A stretch of DNA of 64,000 bases from Vulcanimicrobiota bacterium (lineage in GTDB: Bacteria > Vulcanimicrobiota > Vulcanimicrobiia > Vulcanimicrobiales > Vulcanimicrobiaceae). The DNA is taken from NCBI GenBank assembly GCA_963795855.1, contig CAWCIZ010000001.1, positions 160,001 through 224,000 on the forward strand, in the 5' to 3' direction. Positions 27,502 to 37,459 of the stretch are shown one piece after another. The notes under the pieces were generated by a model. It had not been told where the DNA came from, did not search any database, and was given only the letters and a program-made list of their open reading frames with translations. How positions within the stretch are numbered: the first letter of the stretch is position 1; every line of letters begins with the position of its first letter. Both the position numbers and the translations under genes were made by a program.

Positions 27502-29812
27502 TTTTCACGTCAACGGACGAAGCGACGACGACCTGCGCGCGCAAGCCGCGAAAACCGGCCTGGCGCTGCGGGTTGACGAACTGCGGCGGATCGCCCACGA
27601 GTTAGGGCGCGACCCGAGCATCGTCGAGGTGCATGCGTTCGACGCGCAATGGAGCGAGCATTGCTCGTATAAAAGCAGCCGCCATTTGCTGCGCAAGCTT
27701 CCTACCGAAGGCCCGACGGTGATGCAAGGTCCCGCGGAAGACGCGGGCATTTTGCACTTGGGCGAAGCGCACGGCTCGCGCTGGGGCGTCGTCATCGCGC
27801 ACGAGTCACACAATCACCCTTCGCAAGTCGTGCCGTTCGAAGGTGCCGCGACGGGCGTCGGCGGCATCGTGCGCGACGTCCTGTGCATGGGCGCGGAAGT
27901 CATCGCGGTCGCGGATCCCCTGCGTTTCGGCCGCGTTGAAAATGCGGAGTCGCATCAGCGATACGTCGCGCAGGGCGTCGTTGATGGAATCGCCGCGTAC
28001 GGCAACGCCATCGGCATCCCGAACATCGCGGGCGATGCCTATTTCGACGAGCGTTTCGACGACAATTGTTTGGTCAACGTCGTCGCACTCGGCCTAATCA
28101 AGGAAGAAGACGTCATTCACTCCGCCGCTCCGGCCGGTTCGGAAGGCTGGGATATCGTGCTGGTCGGAAAGGCCACGGACACGAGCGGTTTCGGCGGCGC
28201 CGCATTCTCGTCGGTCACGCTCGACGAAGCGGACGAAGATGCAAACAAGGGCGCGGTTCAAGTTCCCGATCCGTTTTTGAAGAACGTGATCATGCGCGCG
28301 ACGTACCGCGTGTTCGAACATTTACGCGAGCGCAAGATTACGGCCGGCTTTAAAGATTTGGGCGCGGGCGGCATCATGGGCTGCAGCGCGGAACTGTGCA
28401 GCAGCGGCGGGTTCGGCGCGATCGTCGATCTCGACGACGTCAACACCGCGGTGAAGAACATGCCGCCGGAAGTCATTGCCGTCGGCGAAACGCAGGAGCG
28501 GTTGTGCTGGGTGCTGCCCGGCGACGTCACGCCTGACGTGCTGCGGATCTACAACGAAGAGTTTTCGCTGCCGCAGATCGCGCGCGGCGCCTGCGCGAGC
28601 GTCATCGGCGTCGTGCAAGGAGAGAAGCGCTACGTGCTGCGGTACGGCGGCGACATCGTGATGGACGTACCGATCGACTTCTTGACCGGATCGATACGCG
28701 ACGAATTGCCGGCCCGTCCGATGAGCGAGCGAAAAGTGTCCGTTCCCTCGCATCGCTACATCGCCGGCGAACACGACGCGGCCGGCCTGCTGCCGCGCGT
28801 GCTCGCGCACCGGGACGTCTGCTCGCGCGAACCGCTCTACGTGCGCTACGACGGCGTGGTTCGCGGCACGACCGTCATTCCGCGCGGATTCGCAAGCGCC
28901 GGCGTCATCGCGCCCGTCCCGGGTTCGCCTCTCGGCGTTGCGCTCGCGGTCGCAGGCAACCCCCGCATGAGCAAAGTCGATCCGTATTTAGCGGCGCAGT
29001 ACGCGGTGTTGGAAGCGGTGCGCAAAGTGGTGTCGGTCGGCGCGCGTCCGCTCGGCCTGACCGATTGTTTGAACTTCGGCAATCCGCAAAACATCGAGCA
29101 TTACTCGGAGTTGGTGCATTGCATCGACGGGCTTGAAGCTGCGGCAAGGCGTTTGGGAACGCCGTACGTCTCGGGCAACGTCAGTTTGTATAACGAGTCA
29201 AGGACCGGAAACGCGATTCCCGCCTCGCCGATCGTCGCCTGCGTCGGTGCGCTCGACGACGTCTCGAACGTGATCACCGCTCCGTTCAAGCGTTCCGGGT
29301 CCAAAGTGTTTCTCTTGGGACGTCCGCAAAATGCCGTCGGCGGCGCCGCGTTTGCCGAATTGCTCGAACAGATCGGCGGCCCGGCTCCTCCTATCGATTA
29401 CGAGCGCGCAATTGCGGAGATCGCGTTCTTTCGCGCGGCCGCGGACGCCGGCTTCATTCTTTCCGCGAGCAGCATCGGAAACGGAGGCGTTCTCGCGACG
29501 ATCGCTCGCATGGCTTTCCCCTCGCTGAGACGCGGCCGAACGCCGATCGGCGTAAATATCGCGCCGGCCCGCACGTGGACGAACGGCGTCACCGGTTCGT
29601 TGGAATCGTATTTCGGCGAGTGCGGCGGATTCGTGCTCGAAGCCGCGATCGACGAAGCCGAAGCACTGACGTCGATTGCGTCCGAGCACGTGCAGCTCAT
29701 TCCGATCGGAGAAACGATCCATGAAGCGGTGCTGCGCGTGGAGCGGCGTTCGCTCGATTTGCGCCGCTTGTTCGACTGCTGGCATCGGCCGCTGGCCGAG
29801 GTCTATCCATGA
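27494..29812 (+). CDS. purL: FGAM synthase, small-type PurL subunit
   Basis: WSEHCSYKSS, ESHNHPS..PFEGAATGVGGIVRD, DLGAGG, ETQER, DCLNFGNP, SGNVSLYN. Confidence 0.95.
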   Translation: MDSFHVNGRSDDDLRAQAAKTGLALRVDELRRIAHELGRDPSIVEVHAFDAQWSEHCSYKSSRHLLRKLPTEGPTVMQGPAEDAGILHLGEAHGSRWGVVIAHESHNHPSQVVPFEGAATGVGGIVRDVLCMGAEVIAVADPLRFGRVENAESHQRYVAQGVVDGIAAYGNAIGIPNIAGDAYFDERFDDNCLVNVVALGLIKEEDVIHSAAPAGSEGWDIVLVGKATDTSGFGGAAFSSVTLDEADEDANKGAVQVPDPFLKNVIMRATYRVFEHLRERKITAGFKDLGAGGIMGCSAELCSSGGFGAIVDLDDVNTAVKNMPPEVIAVGETQERLCWVLPGDVTPDVLRIYNEEFSLPQIARGACASVIGVVQGEKRYVLRYGGDIVMDVPIDFLTGSIRDELPARPMSERKVSVPSHRYIAGEHDAAGLLPRVLAHRDVCSREPLYVRYDGVVRGTTVIPRGFASAGVIAPVPGSPLGVALAVAGNPRMSKVDPYLAAQYAVLEAVRKVVSVGARPLGLTDCLNFGNPQNIEHYSELVHCIDGLEAAARRLGTPYVSGNVSLYNESRTGNAIPASPIVACVGALDDVSNVITAPFKRSGSKVFLLGRPQNAVGGAAFAELLEQIGGPAPPIDYERAIAEIAFFRAAADAGFILSASSIGNGGVLATIARMAFPSLRRGRTPIGVNIAPARTWTNGVTGSLESYFGECGGFVLEAAIDEAEALTSIASEHVQLIPIGETIHEAVLRVERRSLDLRRLFDCWHRPLAEVYP

Positions 29813-30579
29813 GTGCGAAAACAGCCGTGCTCGTTTTTCCCGGCACGAACAGCGAAATCGAAACGTGGCGCATTTGCAGGGACGTCGGCCTGGATGCGGA
29901 CGTGATTCACTGGAGCCGCGCCGAGCGATTGACGAACTACGATGCGTACGTGCTGCCGGGCGGCTTCGCTTACGAGGATCGCGTCCGTGCGGGGGCGATT
30001 CCGGCACACGATCCAATGATGGATTACGTCATCGACGGCGCTCAGCGCGGCAAACTCGTGCTCGGCGTATGCAACGGCGCGCAAATTCTTTTGGAAGCAG
30101 GCCTCGTGCCGGGCACCGGCGCTGTTCGCAAACCGACGGCGGCGTTCACGCGAAACGGGCCCGTGCCGCACTTCGTCTGCAAACACGTGCACATCAAACT
30201 CGCGGTTTCGCCGAAACGCTGCGCGATCACCGCCGCACTCTCGCCGGACGCGCTCATTCCGGCGTGGGCGGCTCACGGTGAGGGGCGCTTAGCGGCAACG
30301 CCGGAACACTTGCGCGAAATCGTCGACGGCGGCCATATGGCGTTCGTGTACGCGCATGCGGACGGATCGGTAGACGCCGGCGCAGTGCCGAACGATTCCG
30401 CGCTCGGCTGCGCGGGGCTTACGAACCGCGAAGGCAACGTGCTCGCCATCATGCCGCATCCCGAGCGCGACGCATGGAATTACAATCATCCGGACGACGT
30501 GCGGAAGGGCGACGTTCTCTCACCCTCCGGCGGAGCGGTGCTCTTTCAAGCGCTTGCGGACGCAGTCAGACGCGCATGA
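29809..30579 (+). CDS. purQ: FGAM synthase glutaminase subunit
   Basis: VFPGTN, LPGGFAYED..RAG, GVCNGAQIL, AHGEG, MPHPER. Confidence 0.95.
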   Translation: MSAKTAVLVFPGTNSEIETWRICRDVGLDADVIHWSRAERLTNYDAYVLPGGFAYEDRVRAGAIPAHDPMMDYVIDGAQRGKLVLGVCNGAQILLEAGLVPGTGAVRKPTAAFTRNGPVPHFVCKHVHIKLAVSPKRCAITAALSPDALIPAWAAHGEGRLAATPEHLREIVDGGHMAFVYAHADGSVDAGAVPNDSALGCAGLTNREGNVLAIMPHPERDAWNYNHPDDVRKGDVLSPSGGAVLFQALADAVRRA

Positions 30580-31004
30580 CGCTTCGCACGATCGCGATCA
30601 AGCTCAAAATTCCCGACAACGAGGCCTATACGGCGCTGACGGCTTTGCGGCGTCTGGGCGTCGATGCCGCGCGGCTCGAGCGGGCGGAGATCTGGCAACT
30701 CGAAGACGGCGGCAGCCCCGGGGATTTCCCCGAACGCGTCGAGCGCAACGAAACGTTGTTCAATCAAAACAAACACGAACTCGAACTGTTGGAGAACCAA
30801 ACGCCTCGCCCCGGTGAGGTGTGGGTCGAGCAGCTCGACGCGAAAGACGTTCAGCCGCGCATCGCCGGGGTGACGCGGGCTCGGCGCTACGTCGGGTGGA
30901 GGTTATTCGCGCAAAGTCACACGCCGGCAGACAAAGAGACCGTGCTCGCTGCGGTAGACCTTTTATTGTGTAATCCCGCGATCGAGAAAGCAATCACCGC
31001 ATGA
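30576..31004 (+). CDS. purS: PurS-like protein, double length (142 aa)
   Basis: Follows purLQ; ends LLCNPAIE like the PurS motif LLANPVIE; internal LFNQNKH is a possible first repeat. Confidence 0.6.
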   Translation: MTLRTIAIKLKIPDNEAYTALTALRRLGVDAARLERAEIWQLEDGGSPGDFPERVERNETLFNQNKHELELLENQTPRPGEVWVEQLDAKDVQPRIAGVTRARRYVGWRLFAQSHTPADKETVLAAVDLLLCNPAIEKAITA

Positions 31005-32023
31005 ACCGACCCTACACCATCGCGACGCTCGGATCGCACTCCGCGCTGCAGATCCTCAAGGGCGCGCACGATGAGGGTTTCCGAACCCTTGCCATCGCCA
31101 ATCGCGACACGGAGCGCTTGTACCGGTCGTTCAAGTTCGTCGATGAAGTCATCGGCATCGAACGCTATCAGGATTTCTGGCAACTCGTTCCCGAACTCGA
31201 AAAGCGCAAACTCATCGTGGTACCGCACGGATCGTTCGTCGCGTACCTATCGCTCGACGAGCACAAGCGCATGACGGTCCCGTATTTTGGGAACAAAGCG
31301 GTGCTCGACTGGGAGGCGAGCCGCGAAATGCAGCGGGAGTGGCTTTCTCGTGCGAATCTCAAACTGCCGCGCCAGTTCAGGAACCCCAGCGAAATCGACC
31401 GCCCGGTCATCGTGAAACTCTACGGCGCCGCCGGCGGCAAAGGGTACATGTTCATCCAAGACGCTGCGGATTTCGAGCACCGCGCCGCTCACTTGAAAGA
31501 AGCGCACATCATTCAGGAATATATCGTCGGCGTGCCGCTGTACATTCATTACTTCTATTCGCCGCTGGAAGACAAACTCGAAATCATGAGCATGGACCGG
31601 CGCTACGAAACGAACGTCGACTCGCTCGGACGCATACCGGCCGCCGCGCAGGAAGGCATGGACGTCAGCCCATCCTATGTGGTGGTCGGGAATTCGCCCG
31701 TTTCGCTGCGCGAGTCGATGCTCGCCGAGGCGTACCGCATGGGCGAGGACGTCGTGCGGGTGAGCAAGGAGATCTGCGGACCGAAGGGCCTCTTCGGCGC
31801 GTTCTGCATCGAAACGATCATCACGCCGGATATGCAGTTCTACATCATGGAGATCTCCGCCCGGATCGTCGCGGGCACCAATCTGTTCATCGACGGATCC
31901 GCATATTCGTACCTGAATTACTCCGAGCCGATGTCGACCGGCAGGCGGATCGCGCGGGAAATCAAAAACGCACTTTTGACCAACAATCTGCGTTTCGTAT
32001 TAGATGACACGAGCGTTCTGTAA
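31001..32023 (+). CDS. purP: Formate-dependent FAICAR synthetase (archaeal-type PurP)
   Basis: IATLGSHSALQI..GA.DEGF, VPHGSFVAY, FGN, GGKGY, HYFYSP, DRRYE, LRESML, EISARIVAGTN. Confidence 0.88.
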   Translation: MNRPYTIATLGSHSALQILKGAHDEGFRTLAIANRDTERLYRSFKFVDEVIGIERYQDFWQLVPELEKRKLIVVPHGSFVAYLSLDEHKRMTVPYFGNKAVLDWEASREMQREWLSRANLKLPRQFRNPSEIDRPVIVKLYGAAGGKGYMFIQDAADFEHRAAHLKEAHIIQEYIVGVPLYIHYFYSPLEDKLEIMSMDRRYETNVDSLGRIPAAAQEGMDVSPSYVVVGNSPVSLRESMLAEAYRMGEDVVRVSKEICGPKGLFGAFCIETIITPDMQFYIMEISARIVAGTNLFIDGSAYSYLNYSEPMSTGRRIAREIKNALLTNNLRFVLDDTSVL

Positions 32024-33119
32024 ACTCGCGGCCGTGCTGCTGGGCGCGGCGATCTCTCTAGCGCCGCTCGCTTCGCGTGCGGCCTTCATGGCCGATCCGG
32101 TAAAGCTCTACAATGAGATGATGGCGGCCTACACTCGGGGCAACCAGCAAGGCTGGACGTTTTACAACCAAGAATACTACCTCTCGACGATCTTCAATGC
32201 GGGCCGCGCCTATTCACTGCAGCGCTCCTCGGACCCGCAATACGCGAAAATCGAGCAGATGACCGTCGACATCGCATCCTCGCTTCATTACGATCCGCTG
32301 ATCAATCACGAGGCGGTTCCGTGGTACGTGCGGGAAGCGGCGGTGTACGTGCAGCGCAACAATCCGGATCCGGCGGAAGTCGACAAAGCGAAAGCCCTTC
32401 TGGCGCGCGTCGATGCGCTCGAGGATCCCGCCGCCATGGCGGAATTCGCGGACTCCGATGCAGCAGCTGTTTTGGAGCAGTACCCGCACGACACGAACGC
32501 GCAGCTCCTGCGCGTGGAGGCGAATTGGCGCGGCTGGGTGCTCACGCAGGATCCGTCGTGGCGAAGTCTCGCGCTCGCCCGCGCGAACGATAAGGATTTT
32601 CCGCTCGCAGATCTGCCCGCGACATGGGGCCCGGAATTCCTGAACGCCATCCACAATGCGGCCGCGGGCGCGGAGGGGTACACGGAAGGCGATCAGACGA
32701 ATGCGAAGGCGCTGGAAGCGCGCATCGCACAACTGCCGCAGTTGAAGACGATCGCGAGCATCAACGCGGAAACGCACGCTCGAATCATGTCGACGCTGGC
32801 GCCCGCGGACGAGTATTTCGGTCCGATGGGGATGTCGATTCTGGGCATACGGAACGAACTGAACCGCGTGAATTATCTCATCGGCTACGGCTACGCCCGC
32901 CAGGAGAGCCCGATGGCCGTTCAGGTCGCCGTCGCGATCGACGACCTGCACAAAGTATATCCGCGCGATCGCGATTTGCCGCAGTTGCTGTTCGACGTCT
33001 ATTCGACCTTGCAGAAGATCGATACGGCCGATGCAAAGGCCGCAAGGCAGCATATCCGCGGCATTCTGACCGTTGAGTATCAGGATACCAAGCAGGCGCA
33101 CGACGTTTTAACGGGGTAG
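32004..33119 (+). CDS. Secreted hypothetical protein
   Basis: Signal peptide ending ASRA; helical composition; host-like codon usage. Confidence 0.75.
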   Translation: MTRAFCKLAAVLLGAAISLAPLASRAAFMADPVKLYNEMMAAYTRGNQQGWTFYNQEYYLSTIFNAGRAYSLQRSSDPQYAKIEQMTVDIASSLHYDPLINHEAVPWYVREAAVYVQRNNPDPAEVDKAKALLARVDALEDPAAMAEFADSDAAAVLEQYPHDTNAQLLRVEANWRGWVLTQDPSWRSLALARANDKDFPLADLPATWGPEFLNAIHNAAAGAEGYTEGDQTNAKALEARIAQLPQLKTIASINAETHARIMSTLAPADEYFGPMGMSILGIRNELNRVNYLIGYGYARQESPMAVQVAVAIDDLHKVYPRDRDLPQLLFDVYSTLQKIDTADAKAARQHIRGILTVEYQDTKQAHDVLTG

Positions 33120-33192
33120 CGCCTGCTAGAAACAAATCGCTGTCCCACTGGTAGAGACTCCTAAGCCGCTTAGCAGCCGACTTGGGGGTAGT

Positions 33193-33387
33193 ATGATGCA
33201 GCAATTCGTTCTCTGCCGCAATATCGTCGACGACGCCGAATGCAGCGTGGTCGTCGGCGCCGACACGTTGGAAGAACTCGTAGAGGCCGCTATCGAGCAT
33301 GCGCATGCGACCCATGCGGAAGAAGACACCCCGGCTTTGCGCGAGCGAGTGAAGCACAGTATCAAGTTATCCGGCGCGGGCGTATAA
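33193..33387 (+). CDS. Small DUF1059-like putative metal-binding protein
   Basis: C..C-x6-ADTLEELVEAAIEHAHATH pattern. Confidence 0.6.
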   Translation: MMQQFVLCRNIVDDAECSVVVGADTLEELVEAAIEHAHATHAEEDTPALRERVKHSIKLSGAGV

Positions 33388-33422
33388 TGAGCTGCCACTT
33401 GGTGGCGAAACGGATGGTTGAC

Positions 33423-33620
33423 ATGACCCGTAAGTTCATTGACTGTCGCGCGTATCCGAGCGATAGCCACTGCAGCGTTGAAATATCGGCAGACCGCGAA
33501 GACGAACTCATCGAAGCCGCGACGGTACACGCGGTTCAGGCGCACAAGCACGCCGATTCACCGGAACTGCGTCGCTGGCTTCAGGACGCCGTTCAATCTC
33601 GGGAAGAAGCGCTGACGTAG
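33423..33620 (+). CDS. DUF1059 family small protein
   Basis: MTRKFIDCRAYPSDSHCSVEISADREDELIEAATVHAVQAHKH. Confidence 0.8.
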   Translation: MTRKFIDCRAYPSDSHCSVEISADREDELIEAATVHAVQAHKHADSPELRRWLQDAVQSREEALT

Positions 33621-33659
33621 CGCGCTACCGCAGCCCTAACCAAAGCCTTTAAAGGCGGC

Positions 33660-33795
33660 ACGCACCCACACCGGCACGCCTCTCCACTTTCACTCTTCAA
33701 CCACGTTGGGGCCGGCCTGTTTGATGGCGCCCGAATTGCGCGAGCTACTCGCCGGGCCAATCGTCGATCTCGTTGATGCGCTCGTCGATCACCAT
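33660..33795 (-). pseudogene. Decayed DUF1801-family fragment
   Basis: Minus strand reads MVIDERINEIDDWPGE*LAQ / AIKQAGPNVVEE*KWRGVPVW, with two in-frame stops, a frameshift and truncation. Confidence 0.6.
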
Positions 33796-33796
33796 C

Positions 33797-35090
33797 TCAC
33801 AGTGCCGCTAGCGACCCTTCCAGCGCGCGCAAGAACTCCGTGCAGTCATCCGCGGTGAAGATCAGCGGCGGCTGGATGCGAAGGACGTTTCCGAAGCGGC
33901 CGCCCTTGCCGACCAGTACGCCGCGTTTGCGCATCTCGTCCACGACGCGCGTCGTTTCTGCGGTTGCGTACGCTTTCGTTTCGCGGTCCTTCACGAGTTC
34001 GACGCCGATCATCAGACCGCGTCCGCGCACGTCGCCGATTAACGGATAGCGTTTTTGCAGGTCGCGCAGGCCGGCCAGAAGCGTTTCACCTTGGCGCTTC
34101 GCGTTGCCGATCAGATCGCGCTTTTCGATGACGTCGATCGTAACGCTTGCCGCGCGGCTGGCGAGCGGATTTCCGCCGAACGTGTTGATGTGCGGGCCTT
34201 TGAATACGTCCGCAAGTTCCGGGCGCGTGATCGTTATGCCGATCGGCACGCCGCTTCCCAAGCCTTTCGCGGATGTGATGATGTCCGGAATTACGCCGTA
34301 ACTGGACACCATGCCGAACATGCCGTCTCCGAGGCGTCCCCACCCCGCTTGCACTTCGTCCGCGATCAGCAGGGTGCCGAACGGTTCGAGCGTCTCTTTG
34401 AGAACCTTGAAATACTCGTCGGGCGGCGTGATGATTCCGCCGACGCCGGCAACCGTTTCCGCAATCATTGCGGCGGGCGCGCCGCTGGTCTGCGTTTCGA
34501 TGACGCGCTTTGCTGCGCGCGCGCACGCAAGTTCGCATGACGGAGACTTCGAGGCCGAGCGGGCAGCGATAGCAGTACGGACTCGGAACGAACGCGACGT
34601 GCGGATATTCTGCGGCGAAATTGCGCCAGTTGCTCTGGCCCGCGAGCGCGACGGTGTAGACGGTGCGTCCGTGGTAGGCCTGTTCCAGCGCCAGAAAATC
34701 GAGCGACTTGCGCGCCGTGCGCGCTACCAGCGTCGCCATTTCGTTCGCTTCCGAACCGGAGTTGCTGAAGAAACTCTTCGTCATGCCTTCAGGCGCGACG
34801 CGCGCGACCGTTTCCGCTAAGTCCAGCATTTCGTCCGTGAGATAGAGCGTGGAGACGTGAACGAGCTTCTTCGCTTGATCCGCCACGGCTTGCGCGACTT
34901 CGGTGTCGCCGTAACCGACGGTGTTCGTGGCGATGCCCGCGAACGCGTCCAAGTACTCGTTGCCCGCGTCGTCTTTGACGTGCGTGCCTTCACCGCCGAT
35001 GAGCGTGATCGGCTCGTCGTAATACGTTTGCTGCGCGGCGAAGAGATGTTTGCGCGCGCGTTCCGCGTTGGTGGTCTTGAGGGTCTGCAT
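33797..35090 (-). CDS. Class III aminotransferase (probable beta-alanine aminotransferase); frameshift near 34545
   Basis: YLDAFAG, NSGSEANE, AYHG, CYRCP; then LIADEVQAGWGR, SAKGLGSG, NTFGGNP, DVRGRGLM. Confidence 0.85.
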
Positions 35091-35094
35091 GCGT

Positions 35095-36564
35095 TCACGC
35101 CTCCGTCGGCAGCAGCGTTGTGGTTTCGGTTTCGGTTTCGCCGGCCGTCGAACGTTCTCCGCGCATGAGTATCCAATACGCCGCTAGTCCGCCGACCAGG
35201 CTGAATATCCAGCCGCCGCTCCACAAGAAATGGACGGCGGGAACGAAGAATCCGACTAGGGTCAAAATCCATCCGGCAAGCAGCGCGCCGATCGCGCGCA
35301 CGTTCACGCCCTTGGCGTACGAATAGATTCCGCCGGGCGTGTAGAGTTGGGCCAAGTCGATGCGCCGCTTTCGCACGAGCCAGTAGTCGGCGATTGCAAT
35401 GCCGTCGAACGCGCCGAGCATTGCGCCGTACGTGCCCAGCCACGTGAAGATGTACGCGCCGTACGTCTCGAGCATGCGCCACGGCTCCATCGCCAGACTC
35501 AGCAGCCCGGTAAGCACGGCACCGATCGCAAACGTAATGTACCGGGGCCAGAGATTTTCGAAAGCGCGCGCGGGCGCCATAACGTTGGCTCCGACGTTGA
35601 TCGTTACCGAGGAAAGGATGACGATGATGCCTGCGATGATGACGACCGGCGTCGGGAACTTCGTGATGAGTTGAACCGGATTCCACAGCGCCGTTCCGAA
35701 GAGCAGAACGGTTGCCGACGTGACGGCGATGCCGACGAAGGAGAAGAGCGCCATCGTGAGCGGCATGGATACGGTCTGTCCGATCATTTGGCCGCGCTGC
35801 GAACGTGCGTACCGCGTGTAATCGGGAATGTTCAACGCCATCGTCGCCCAAAACGCTATGACGCCGACGACGGACGGATAAAACGCATTCCAGAACGCCG
35901 GGCCGTGAATCTTCGCCGGCGTCGCCAGCATCGGTCCGAATCCGCCCGCGCTCGTGGCCGCCCATACCAGCAGCGCGACCGCACCGGCGCCGACGGTCGG
36001 CGCAGCGATCTGCGCGAGCCTGCCGATTGCTTGCGGCCCGCGCATTGCAATCGCGACGTTGATCACCCAGAAGATCAGAAACGCGAATCCGAGGTGGAAT
36101 GACCAGCCGTGCCATGCCGGCGCGGTGCGCAAAAGTATCGCGTCGAGTGCTTGTCCGCCGAACCACGAATTTATTCCGAACCATCCTGCAGCGATGACCG
36201 CGCGGGCCAGCGCCGGAATGTGCGCGCCGCGCGTTCCGAACCAAAGCCGGGCGAAAACCGGGTACGGAATGCCGTACTTCGTGCCGGCGTGTGAGACGAG
36301 CAAAATCGCTCCGAGGACGATGCAGCTCCCGGTAAAGACGGTGAGCACCGATTCCCACCAGTTCATGCCGAGCGCGATCATGCCGCTTGCGAGCGAATAC
36401 GTGGGCAGGCACAAGCACATGCCGACCCAGAGTGCGGCGAATTTCGAGCCCGGCCAGGAATGTTCCGCGAGCGTACACGGACGCAGGTCTTCGTTCCACA
36501 TCGACGCGTTCTGCGCAAGCTTGGCTTGCGCTTGCGGACTTAGAACGACGATATCGCCGGCCAT
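35095..36564 (-). CDS. NCS1 nucleobase:cation symporter
   Basis: NEDLRP, GTKYGIPYPV, GWFGINSW, WATMALNIPDYTRYA, IADYW. Confidence 0.92.
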   Translation of the reverse strand: MAGDIVVLSPQAQAKLAQNASMWNEDLRPCTLAEHSWPGSKFAALWVGMCLCLPTYSLASGMIALGMNWWESVLTVFTGSCIVLGAILLVSHAGTKYGIPYPVFARLWFGTRGAHIPALARAVIAAGWFGINSWFGGQALDAILLRTAPAWHGWSFHLGFAFLIFWVINVAIAMRGPQAIGRLAQIAAPTVGAGAVALLVWAATSAGGFGPMLATPAKIHGPAFWNAFYPSVVGVIAFWATMALNIPDYTRYARSQRGQMIGQTVSMPLTMALFSFVGIAVTSATVLLFGTALWNPVQLITKFPTPVVIIAGIIVILSSVTINVGANVMAPARAFENLWPRYITFAIGAVLTGLLSLAMEPWRMLETYGAYIFTWLGTYGAMLGAFDGIAIADYWLVRKRRIDLAQLYTPGGIYSYAKGVNVRAIGALLAGWILTLVGFFVPAVHFLWSGGWIFSLVGGLAAYWILMRGERSTAGETETETTTLLPTEA

Positions 36565-37449
36565 TACACTTCCACGAGGTCGTCGTACGTTTCGGGGCGC
36601 CGGTCGCGGTAGAATTGCCACGTGTTGCGGACTTGCGTGATCGTCTCGCGATCCATCACGCCGATGACCACCTCGTCCCGATCTCGGCTCGCCGTTGCAA
36701 CGAACTGGCCGCGCGGATCCACGAGATACGATTGCCCGTAGAATTCGCCCATGTCCCATGGCTTTTCGTAGCCGACGCGATTGATCGCGCCGACGTAGTA
36801 GCCGTTCGCCACCGCGTGCGCGGGCTGTTCGAGCTTCCAAAGATATTCGGAAAGGCCCGCGACGGTCGCGGACGGATTGAACACGATCTCCGCGCCGTGC
36901 AATCCCAGCATTCGCGCGCCCTCGGGGAAGTGCCGGTCGTAACAAATGTACACGCCGACTTTCGCAAATGCCGTTTCGAAAACGGGATAGCCGAGGTTCC
37001 CCGGCCGGAAATAATACTTCTCCCAGAAGCCGCATCCGGCCGGCCCGGCCTGCACCTGCGGAAGATGATGTTTGCGATACTTGCCAAGATACGTGCCGTC
37101 CGCGTCGATGACCGCCGCGGTGTTGTAATACACGCCGGAAAATTCTTCTTCGTACATCGGCGCGACGATCGCGATCCCGAGTTCCTTGGCCAGGTCCTGC
37201 ATCAAGCGCGTCGTCGGGCCGTCCGGGATCTGCTCGACGGCCCCATACCATTTCGTCGTCTGCTCCGTGCAGAAATACGGGCCATAGAATAATTCTTGCA
37301 GGCAGACGATCTGCGCGCCGCGCTGCTTTGGCCTCGCGAATCAGGCGAACGTGCTTTTCGATCGCGTTTTTCTTGTGCGTCTCGACCGGCTCGCCGCCGT
37401 CCGTGTCGTGATGCGCTTGAACCAGGCCGATGCTGACTTTGCCGTCCAC
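36564..37449 (-). CDS. Beta-ureidopropionase (nitrilase family); frameshift near 37325
   Basis: CLQELFYGPYFC, YYNTAAVID, GKYRKHHLP, FWEKYYF, ICYDRHFPEG, giving the E-K-C triad. Confidence 0.88.
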
Positions 37450-37459
37450 GTACTGCTCC

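Noticed and set aside
35095..37449. 784-aa nitrilase-NCS1 fusion
   Set aside because: The nitrilase motifs continue in another frame after ~37325 and stop at 36564; the linker is off-frame sequence.
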